Assembly: GCA_017629395.1 (NCBI GenBank)
Contig: JAGBXH010000053.1
Coordinates: 1 to 37,188, forward strand
Length of the DNA stretch: 37,188 bases
Reading direction: 5' to 3'
Source: Clostridia bacterium
GTDB taxonomy: Bacteria > Bacillota > Clostridia > Oscillospirales > CAG-272
Both the position numbers and the translations under genes were made by a program. Below the pieces are notes generated by a model. That model was given only the letters and a program-made list of their open reading frames with translations. It did no database searches and was not told the DNA's origin. Of the stretch, positions 8,933-15,983 are shown piece after piece. Numbering within the stretch: position 1 is the first letter of the stretch; every line of letters begins with the position of its first letter.

Positions 8933-9066
8933 GTGTGCCACCTCCTTGTGCTGTGGTGTTTTGTCCTTCACCCATAAAGACGGAATTTGGTATCGATTGG
9001 TTACACGAATTTTGAAAAAAGTTGGAAAATTTCAAAAAAAGCCGCCACCAACGGGACGACTTCTCT

Positions 9067-9225
9067 TGAAAAGTTTTGGTCGAGCCTTTTCAAAGGCTCG
9101 CAGGTCGAGGGCAGCGCCCTCGTCGCCTCCGCAGAGGCGAAATTTCTTTAACGGCGTTTCTTTTTTGCCAAGCAACTTCGCGCAGCGAAGTAATTTCTTC
9201 TGCGCCAGCGGTGTCAAAGAAAAAA
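9067..9225 (+). repeat. Multi-hairpin intergenic element, copy B
   Basis: Hairpins at 9081-9100 (loop TTTTCAAA), 9106-9122, 9123-9140 (loop CGCA) and 9175-9191. Same order, loops and linker (TTCTTTAACGGCGTTTCT) as copy A. Confidence 0.75.
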
Positions 9226-9295
9226 GCGGGGAATGGATTAGGATATATTACATTGAGAAAACTCTCTCCGTTCTTTTTTTGAGCAAGTAGCCGCA

Positions 9296-9412
9296 AAAAA
9301 AGAACCAAAAAACGGCGTTGGAGAGGTTTCGCGCCTGCGGGCGCGACCAAGGGCTGCGCGCCCTTGGATGGGCGGTCGCTTTTTGAAAAAAGCGACGTAA
9401 AAACTTTCATCG
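9296..9412 (-). repeat. Multi-hairpin intergenic element, copy B2 (inverted, 3'-truncated)
   Basis: The reverse complement carries TGAAAGTTTT, then hairpins at 9375-9396 (loop TTTTTCAAAA), 9347-9367 and 9329-9346 (loop CGCA), in the same order as A and B. Confidence 0.7.
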
Positions 9413-9437
9413 ATGGGCGCGTCCGTGTGGTGAGCGT

Positions 9438-9917
9438 TTATTTGTGATACGGCGTGCCCTTGATGATGGTCATGGCGCGGTAGGTTGCTTCCAGCAAAAT
9501 GACGCGCATGAGCTGGTGCGGAAAGGTGAGTGCCGATACGGACAGGCGCAGATCACACGCGCTCTTGACGGCGGGGGCAAGCCCGAACGACGAGCCGATG
9601 ACCAATACCACCTCGCTGTGCATCTGCCCGATCTCCTCAAATTTCTTTGCCAGCTGCTCACTGGAGAGCTGCTTACCCTCCACGCAAAGCGCGATCTTGT
9701 ATGCGCGCGGGGACATATTTGCCAAAATCAGCTTGGCTTCTGCCTCCAGCGCCGCTTCAATCTCCTTTGCGGAGGGCTTGTCCGAGAGCTTGACCTCGGA
9801 TAAGTTCACCTCGGTGAACTTGCAGTAAGCTCCCAGCCTTTTCTTGTATTCCTCGGCAGCCTCGCGCAAATATGATTCCTTGAGCGTGCCGATGGTGATG
9901 AGTTTTACGTTGAGCAT
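9438..9917 (-). CDS. rlmH: 23S rRNA (pseudouridine1915-N3)-methyltransferase
   Basis: 159 aa. The length and the MLNVKLITIGTLKESYLREAAEEYKKRL ... GSSFGL pattern are typical of SPOUT RlmH. AAGGAG RBS. Confidence 0.9.
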   Translation of the reverse strand: MLNVKLITIGTLKESYLREAAEEYKKRLGAYCKFTEVNLSEVKLSDKPSAKEIEAALEAEAKLILANMSPRAYKIALCVEGKQLSSEQLAKKFEEIGQMHSEVVLVIGSSFGLAPAVKSACDLRLSVSALTFPHQLMRVILLEATYRAMTIIKGTPYHK

Positions 9918-9977
9918 ACGTTCTCCTTACGGTACAATAAAAATGAAAATTTGCAAGGCAAATTTTTACCGCAACGT

Positions 9978-10112
9978 TCCGCATTATGCGGAGCATTTCA
10001 CTCGCGCGCAGCGTGAATATCACTTGCGCGAAGCGCAAATTTCACATTTCGCTCTGCGGCGAAATATTTCATTGCACGTAAGCTGGTTACGGCAGTAACC
10101 AGCTTACGTGCA
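9978..10112. repeat. Array of five short hairpins separated by ATTTCAC-like spacers
   Basis: Stems at 9978-9992, 9997-10017, 10024-10038, 10046-10065 and 10073-10112 (18-bp perfect stem). Spacers are GCAT, TATCAC, ATTTCAC, ATTTCAT. Confidence 0.7.
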
Positions 10113-10875
10113 CGGGGTCCGCCACGCGCAAATTGAAATCCTTGTCGCCGATGGCGCAAAGGGTTTCGTGAAAGGCAAGGCGGGGAGTGTTATTCTGCTC
10201 GGAAAGGTGTGCCAGCAGTATGTTCTTGGTGCCGGATGCGTAAAGCTGTGCGGCAACGGCGGCGCATTCCTCGTTGGGCAGGTGCCCCTTTTTGCCGCTG
10301 ATGCGCAGCTTGAGATCATAGGGGTAAGGCCCGTCCATGAGCATGTCGGGATCATGGTTGGATTCTAATACCACACTCTCGCAGCCAAGCAGATTTTGCA
10401 TGATCTCGTCGGTGACGTGCCCGATATCGGTCGCATAGGCAACGGACGTGGGCACTTCACCGTCAATCGTGATGCGGTAGCCAACCGAGGCGCGGCTGTC
10501 GTGCGGTGTGCGGAATGCCTGTACGGTTACGTCGCCCACCTGCACGCGGCAGGAAGCGGCGTCGGGATAAACGTGTAACAAATTCTCCAAATGCGGTGCA
10601 TCCCTGAGGATGCGCTCGGCGCTTGCTTTTTGCACGTGGATGGGCAGGGGATAACGCTTGCAAAAGACGGAAAGTGCGTCGATGTGGTCGCGGTGCTCGT
10701 GCGTGATGAACACCGCGTCCAGTGCGTCGGGAGAAACCCCGATCTCGGCAAGTGCTGCCGTAACAGCCTTGCAGTTCTTACCCATGTCGATCAGAATTTT
10801 AGCTTTGGGTGTTTCTATGTACGTGCAGTTACCCTTTGAGCCGGAAAACAGAGTGCAGATGCGATAGGCTTCCAT
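10087..10875 (-). CDS. MBL-fold metallo-hydrolase (YycJ/WalJ-like)
   Basis: 262 aa. FITHEHRDHI (HxHxDH) motif. Conserved neighbourhood with rlmH, as in Bacillus. Confidence 0.85.
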   Translation of the reverse strand: MEAYRICTLFSGSKGNCTYIETPKAKILIDMGKNCKAVTAALAEIGVSPDALDAVFITHEHRDHIDALSVFCKRYPLPIHVQKASAERILRDAPHLENLLHVYPDAASCRVQVGDVTVQAFRTPHDSRASVGYRITIDGEVPTSVAYATDIGHVTDEIMQNLLGCESVVLESNHDPDMLMDGPYPYDLKLRISGKKGHLPNEECAAVAAQLYASGTKNILLAHLSEQNNTPRLAFHETLCAIGDKDFNLRVADPVHVSWLLP

Positions 10876-10885
10876 GTGCTGCCTC

Positions 10886-11380
10886 TTATCTGCTCAAAAG
10901 TGCGCCAAACAGCGTGGGGAGAGCGGTCAGGATGAGAAAATCGATCGCCAGCGGAACAAACAGGGAAAACAGCACCACGATCATCCATTTGGATTTACGC
11001 TTGCGCTCCACGCCGTTTTGAATAAAGGCAACCTTTTCATGCTCGCTCATGGTGTCCGGCAGCATTTCGGGTGTGATGTTCTCGCGCGTAAAGGCGCGGT
11101 TATAAATAATGTAAGCGATCAAAAAGCCTGCGCCCAGCGCAGCGTACAGTGCCATAATACCAATGCCGAGGATCTGTACCGTGATCATATCCTCAAAAAG
11201 GTGAGAATCTGCCAGCGTGACGATGGTAAAATACAAAAGCGTGGACGCGACCGAGCAGCCAAGCAGCAAAGCCATCCAAAGCTTGTCCTGCTTTGTGGCA
11301 GGCTTGCGCTCGCGGGGCTTGCGCTCCTCTCTTGGCTGATTGGGCAGCATGGGGCTTGAGTTTCTTTGGAAAAATCCCAT
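10886..11380 (-). CDS. Hypothetical 4-TM membrane protein
   Basis: 164 aa. Basic N-terminus, four hydrophobic segments. GGAGG RBS. Tightly packed between the kinase and MBL genes. Confidence 0.6.
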   Translation of the reverse strand: MGFFQRNSSPMLPNQPREERKPRERKPATKQDKLWMALLLGCSVASTLLYFTIVTLADSHLFEDMITVQILGIGIMALYAALGAGFLIAYIIYNRAFTRENITPEMLPDTMSEHEKVAFIQNGVERKRKSKWMIVVLFSLFVPLAIDFLILTALPTLFGALLSR

Positions 11381-11392
11381 GATTGCCTCCGA

Positions 11393-12676
11393 TTACGCGA
11401 TCTTGCACGCACCGATCTGACGGATGTGCAGGGGCAGACAAGCACCTGCGCCGAACGCACCGTCCATGGTGGCACGGAATTCTTCTACGTGTTCAGCGGG
11501 AACAAACGCCTGAATGGTTCCTGCAAAGCCGCCGCCGTGCACGCGCCATGCAGCCTTTTTGTCAGAGAGCACCTGCTCGGCAAGACAAAGCGCAAGGGAG
11601 AGTCCTTGCTCGTCTACTGCCTTGGTGGTGTATACGTTCTGCAGATAGCAGAAGGAAGAGCGACCCGATGCGCAAACGTGAGAGAGGAAAGCGTCAAGAT
11701 CATTGTTCATAAGTGCGTTTGTCTGTGCAGCTACGCGGTCGTTTTCTGCAAAGAAGTGCATAGCACGCAGGATCGCGCGGTCACCCAATGTCTTGCGCAG
11801 TGTGGGAATGGCAGCCACGACCTCGGCAGGCTCTACCTCGCGCAACACTTTTTTGCCAAAATGCGCCGCAACCGCCTTCATTTCTGCGGGAACGGATGCG
11901 TAGTCGTCGGTCAGGTCTGCGTGATTGCCGCCCGTGTTGACGATGCACAGCGCGTATCCCGCTGCCGTAATATCAAAGGGCACGCCGCGAATGACGGGGG
12001 AGGCGGGATCGGCAAAATCAATGGCAACAATGCCTCCGTGCGCGCAGGCGACCTGGTCCATCAGACCGCAGGGCTTGCCGAAGAACTGATTTTCTGCCTT
12101 CTGCGACATTTTGGCGATCTCTACGTTGTCAACCTTGCCGTCATTGTATAAATGGTTGAGAATGTTGCCGATCATATCCTCGAATGCGGCGGAGGAGGAA
12201 ATGCCCGAGCCCTTGAGCACGGCAGAGGTGGTGTAAGCGTCAAAGCCGCCTGTGCACAGACCGTTTTGCACAAACTGTGCGCTCATACCCGCAATGATGG
12301 AGGCGGAAGAGGCGAACTTAGCAGGATCGGGAGTAGTATATGCAGCAATATCCACCACGTCCTCGTCAAAGCCCTCACTCTTGACGCGGATCATGTTCTC
12401 CTCGTTTGCGGATGCCACAGCGATAATGTCGAGGTCAATGGATGCAGCGACTACGCAGCCGTAGTTGTGGTCGGTGTGGTTGCCGGAAAGCTCGCTTCTG
12501 CCCGAAACCGAGAACAGGGAAGCGTCACGGTCAGCGCCGTACAAGGCGGCAAATTCATCCAGAGCCTTAGCGTAGCGTGCCTGCTGAGCGATCACCGCGT
12601 CAGCACCGTAAACCTCGGTAAGTCTTGCGTTGAGCTCACCCGCCAGCAGGGCGTTTTTCATGTCTGCAATTTTCAT
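11393..12676 (-). CDS. GHMP-family sugar kinase (galactokinase-like, divergent signature)
   Basis: 427 aa from the ATG at 12676 (AAGGAG 8 nt upstream). GRSELSGNHTDHNYG in place of the galactokinase signature; PCGLMDQ and GGGFAG motifs. Confidence 0.75.
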   Translation of the reverse strand: MKIADMKNALLAGELNARLTEVYGADAVIAQQARYAKALDEFAALYGADRDASLFSVSGRSELSGNHTDHNYGCVVAASIDLDIIAVASANEENMIRVKSEGFDEDVVDIAAYTTPDPAKFASSASIIAGMSAQFVQNGLCTGGFDAYTTSAVLKGSGISSSAAFEDMIGNILNHLYNDGKVDNVEIAKMSQKAENQFFGKPCGLMDQVACAHGGIVAIDFADPASPVIRGVPFDITAAGYALCIVNTGGNHADLTDDYASVPAEMKAVAAHFGKKVLREVEPAEVVAAIPTLRKTLGDRAILRAMHFFAENDRVAAQTNALMNNDLDAFLSHVCASGRSSFCYLQNVYTTKAVDEQGLSLALCLAEQVLSDKKAAWRVHGGGFAGTIQAFVPAEHVEEFRATMDGAFGAGACLPLHIRQIGACKIA

Positions 12677-12696
12677 AGCATGTGCTCCTTTGTAAA

Positions 12697-12942
12697 TTAA
12701 AGCTGTGTTTTGATCTTTTCCAGACAATCCTGGCAGATGCGCTTGTTGTTAAAGTATACCACGCGATCGGCATTGCTGCAGAATACGCAGCAGGGCTGAT
12801 ATTTTTGCAGGATAATGCGGTTTTCGTCGGTAAAGATCTCCAAGGGATCCTTTTCGTTAATGTCCATGGTCTGACGGATGCTGATGGGCAATACGATTCT
12901 GCCCAGCTCATCTACCTTGCGTACGACACCGGTTGATTTCAT
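12697..12942 (-). CDS. abrB: AbrB-family transition-state regulator with C-terminal CxxC...CxxC
   Basis: 81 aa. MKSTGVVRKVDELGRIVLPISIRQTMDI is near-identical in pattern to the AbrB N-terminal SpoVT/AbrB domain. AAAGGAG RBS. The track ORF start at 13092 is too far upstream. Confidence 0.9.
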   Translation of the reverse strand: MKSTGVVRKVDELGRIVLPISIRQTMDINEKDPLEIFTDENRIILQKYQPCCVFCSNADRVVYFNNKRICQDCLEKIKTQL

Positions 12943-12984
12943 AAATGTATCTCCTTTGATAAAGTATTTCTGTTTGACGTTTAT

Positions 12985-13013
12985 ATTATAAATCATTTTG
13001 CGGATTTTGTCAA
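12985..13013 (-). promoter_or_regulatory. Sigma-A promoter of abrB (perfect consensus)
   Basis: Minus strand TTGACA-17 nt-TATAAT (TGTCAA 13008-13013, ATTATA 12985-12990). Confidence 0.7.
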
Positions 13014-13204
13014 TACAAAAATGGAAATAAATGGAGAAAATTAAGAATATTTGGCATTCTTGGAAATGCTTTGTCGTAGTGGCGCGGATCATGTCGAAGC
13101 GTGTCGCCTGATGTGACCCGGGATCATCACAACTCTGAATTTATCTGCAACATTCCGCCAAAACCTGTCAATACTGATACCAGTAAGTATAGTTGGAGGT
13201 CTGT

Positions 13205-13474
13205 ATGCTCAAGGGTGCGCAAAAGAGAATGTACGTGGTCAAATTGGGGCAGGAGTCGCCGTTTGAGGAGGCGTATTTTGTGCTCAAGCGGGAAAGTGAG
13301 GCTGTAGCGGGTAAGGATATCGTCAGCGAAGCATCGCGCATTATCAAGCAGAGTGCCGACCGTGAGAGCACGCAAGCACCTGCCGACAGGCGCGTCTGGC
13401 ACAGCGTGCTGCTTTTTGTCGGCGGTCTTGTGACGGGTGGAGGGATAGCCTGCGCGCTCTGTCTTTTATTGTAA
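13205..13474 (+). CDS. Small C-terminally membrane-anchored hypothetical protein
   Basis: 89 aa from the ATG at 13205 (GGAGG 5 nt upstream). C-terminal TM segment WHSVLLFVGGLVTGGGIACALCLLL. Confidence 0.55.
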   Translation: MLKGAQKRMYVVKLGQESPFEEAYFVLKRESEAVAGKDIVSEASRIIKQSADRESTQAPADRRVWHSVLLFVGGLVTGGGIACALCLLL

Positions 13475-13489
13475 GCTTTTGCGCAACTG

Positions 13490-13518
13490 TTGACAAAGAG
13501 GGAAAAGTATGCTATAAT
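13490..13518 (+). promoter_or_regulatory. Sigma-A promoter of rnj (perfect consensus)
   Basis: TTGACA (13490-13495)-17 nt-TATAAT (13513-13518). Confidence 0.7.
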
Positions 13519-13524
13519 GTGAGC

Positions 13525-13688
13525 ATCTTACTTGATCGTTTTGAAATGAGTCCACCTCATTTCTGCAAATACAAATTGAATTTGAGCTCTGTTGGTGCTT
13601 CGGGGGCCGTGATACCGATGCACGGGGGCTCGGCTTTTTGTGCGCCTATGAAAAAGAAAGGAGATCCGCGCGCACACGGAATTGATAT
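13525..13688 (+). promoter_or_regulatory. Long structured 5' leader of rnj
   Basis: About 165 nt between promoter and ATG. Hairpin GAAATGAG/CTCATTTC at 13543-13563. Helix 13639-13645/13670-13676 encloses an AAAGGAG. GC-rich segment followed by CTTTTTG at 13634-13640. Confidence 0.45.
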
Positions 13689-15797
13689 ATGGCAAAGCAA
13701 ACAGGCAGAGGCGGAGCGACCGCCAAGCAATCAAACAGAAAAAAGAGTGAAAGCAAGAGCATGCAGGATAAGATCATCAATGCTGCTCTTGATGAGATCT
13801 ATGCAAGCGTAGAGGCAGAGCAAAAGAAGACCTCTGCAAAAGCGCCCAAGCAAAAGAAGGAAAAGCAGTCCAAGGTCGAGGTAACCGAGCAGGCAGCCCC
13901 CAAGGCTGCAAAGCAGGCAGAGCCCAAGGCAGAGCCCAAAAAGCAGACCCGCAAGCCTGCAAAGAAGACGGAAAAGCCCGAAAAGGCTGCAAAGCAGGAA
14001 AAGGCAGCCGCTCCCGCAGCAGCGCCTGCACCCGAAAAGTCCGCGTCCGAGCGTAAGACGCACGTGCGCAAGGGAAACCGCAAGGCGCAAAAGGCAGCAA
14101 AGCAGGCAGAGGCGGTGCAGATCAAGCCCGATCCCGATGCACGCTTGCGCGTCATTCCCTTGGGAGGACTCAACGAGGTCGGCAAGAATATGACGCTGCT
14201 TGAATGCAACGATGAGATATTGATCGTGGATTGCGGCATCGGATTCCCCGACGAGGATATGCCCGGCATTGACTTGGTCATTCCCGATATGTCTTATCTG
14301 GAGACCAATCGCGACAAGATCAAGGGCGTAGTGATCACGCACGGACATGAAGACCACGTGGGTGCTATCCCGTATTTTCTGCGCACCTTCAACGTGCCGG
14401 TTTGGGGCACGAAGCTCTCGCTCGGTATCGTGAAAAATAAGCTGGAAGAATTCAAGCTGCCCTGGCAGGCAGACCTGCGCTGCGTGCAGGCAGGGGACAG
14501 TATTGCCGTTGGCGAGAGCTTTGCCGTGGAGTTTATCCGCGTCAATCACTCGATTGCCGACGCTTGCGCACTTGCCATCAGCACTCCTGTGGGTCTTGTG
14601 GTGCATACGGGCGACTTTAAGCTGGATCTTACCCCCATTGAGGGCGAGGTCATGAACCTGACGCGCCTGGGCGAGCTGGGCAAGCAGGGAGTCAAGCTTC
14701 TTTTGTGCGAGTCCACAAACGCTGAGCGCCCCGGCTATACGCCCTCCGAGAAAAAGGTGGGTGAATCGCTGGAGTATATTTTCTCTGTCAACAAGAGCAA
14801 GCGTATCGTCATTGCCACCTTCTCGTCCAACGTGCACCGTGTGCAGCAGATCATCGATACCAGCGTGCGCCACGGCAGAAAGGTCGCTATTACGGGCAGA
14901 AGCATGCTCAATATCGTCAGCGCGGCAAGAGAGCTGGGCTATATGCACGTACCGGACGGCGTGATCGTGGAGCTTGCGGAGATCAAAAAGTATAAGCCCG
15001 AGCAGCTGACGCTGGTCACCACGGGCAGCCAGGGCGAGCCCATGTCGGCACTCTACCGCATGGCGTTCGGTGAGCACAGAGAGGTCACGCTCGGCCCTTC
15101 CGATCTGGTCGTGCTGTCTGCAAGTGCCATTCCCGGCAACGAAAGTCTGATCAACCGCATCGTCAACGAGATCTCCAAGATGGGCGTCAAGGTGCTGCAC
15201 GACTCCGTGGTGGAGGTGCACGTTTCGGGACACGCCTGCCAGGAGGAGATCAAGCTGATGCAAGCGCTGACCAAGCCGACCTACTATATGCCCGTTCACG
15301 GTGAATATAAGCACATGGCTGCCAACGCAGAGCTTGCAAGAAGCATGGGCGTGCCTGCCGATCATATTTTCATCTCCGACATCGGTAAGGTGCTGGAGCT
15401 GAGTGCGGACGGCGCAAGGTTTACGGGAACGGTTCCCTCGGGTAAGGTGCTGGTGGACGGCTCGGGCGTGGGAGATGTGGGCAACATCGTGCTGCGTGAC
15501 CGTAAGCATTTGTCGCAGGACGGCTTGATCGTCGTTGTCGCTACCGTGGATATGCACGCAAGATACGTGCTGTCGGGTCCCGATATCGTGTCCCGCGGAT
15601 TTGTGTACGTGCGTGAATCGGAGGACCTGATGGAGCAGATGCGCACGGTTGCCGCACAGGCAATGGACAAGAGCCTGTCGGGCAGGGATGCGGATTTCTA
15701 CGCCATCAAGAACCGCGTTAAGGACGATCTTAGCAAATTTATCTACCAGCAGACCAAGCGCAGACCCATGATTTTGCCCGTGATCATGAACGTTTGA
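13689..15797 (+). CDS. rnj: Ribonuclease J with ~150-aa Lys/Ala/Glu/Pro-rich N-terminal extension
   Basis: 702 aa. From residue ~152, RLRVIPLGGLNEVGKNMT..., ITHGHEDHVGAIPY (HxHxDH) and C-terminal domain are typical of RNase J. Residues 1-150 are low complexity. Confidence 0.9.
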   Translation: MAKQTGRGGATAKQSNRKKSESKSMQDKIINAALDEIYASVEAEQKKTSAKAPKQKKEKQSKVEVTEQAAPKAAKQAEPKAEPKKQTRKPAKKTEKPEKAAKQEKAAAPAAAPAPEKSASERKTHVRKGNRKAQKAAKQAEAVQIKPDPDARLRVIPLGGLNEVGKNMTLLECNDEILIVDCGIGFPDEDMPGIDLVIPDMSYLETNRDKIKGVVITHGHEDHVGAIPYFLRTFNVPVWGTKLSLGIVKNKLEEFKLPWQADLRCVQAGDSIAVGESFAVEFIRVNHSIADACALAISTPVGLVVHTGDFKLDLTPIEGEVMNLTRLGELGKQGVKLLLCESTNAERPGYTPSEKKVGESLEYIFSVNKSKRIVIATFSSNVHRVQQIIDTSVRHGRKVAITGRSMLNIVSAARELGYMHVPDGVIVELAEIKKYKPEQLTLVTTGSQGEPMSALYRMAFGEHREVTLGPSDLVVLSASAIPGNESLINRIVNEISKMGVKVLHDSVVEVHVSGHACQEEIKLMQALTKPTYYMPVHGEYKHMAANAELARSMGVPADHIFISDIGKVLELSADGARFTGTVPSGKVLVDGSGVGDVGNIVLRDRKHLSQDGLIVVVATVDMHARYVLSGPDIVSRGFVYVRESEDLMEQMRTVAAQAMDKSLSGRDADFYAIKNRVKDDLSKFIYQQTKRRPMILPVIMNV

Positions 15798-15983
15798 TGG
15801 ATGAATTGGCAAAAAAAGACAAAAAAAGCGAAAAATTAAGTATTTGTTTACAAATCGCTTATATTTGAACACCATATATGCGCTATAATATTGCGTGACT
15901 GTTTTTGATGGGGCGTTGTAGCCTTTGCGCAGACGACCCATCGTTAACATAATCAAAAAATACAACATAGAGGTGACCCTGAC

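Noticed and set aside
13648-13812. uORF starting at the ATG at 13648 in the rnj leader and overlapping the rnj start out of frame.
   Set aside because: No RBS upstream, and the product is Arg/Ser-rich and overlaps well-supported coding sequence in another frame. The AAAGGAG it contains is discussed as a structural or regulatory feature instead.
15797-15868. 23-aa ORF (MDELAKKDKKSEKLSICLQIAYI) overlapping the rnj stop (TGATG).
   Set aside because: AT-rich, no RBS, uses the rare TTA codon twice, and overlaps the likely promoter region of the next gene. Probably fortuitous.
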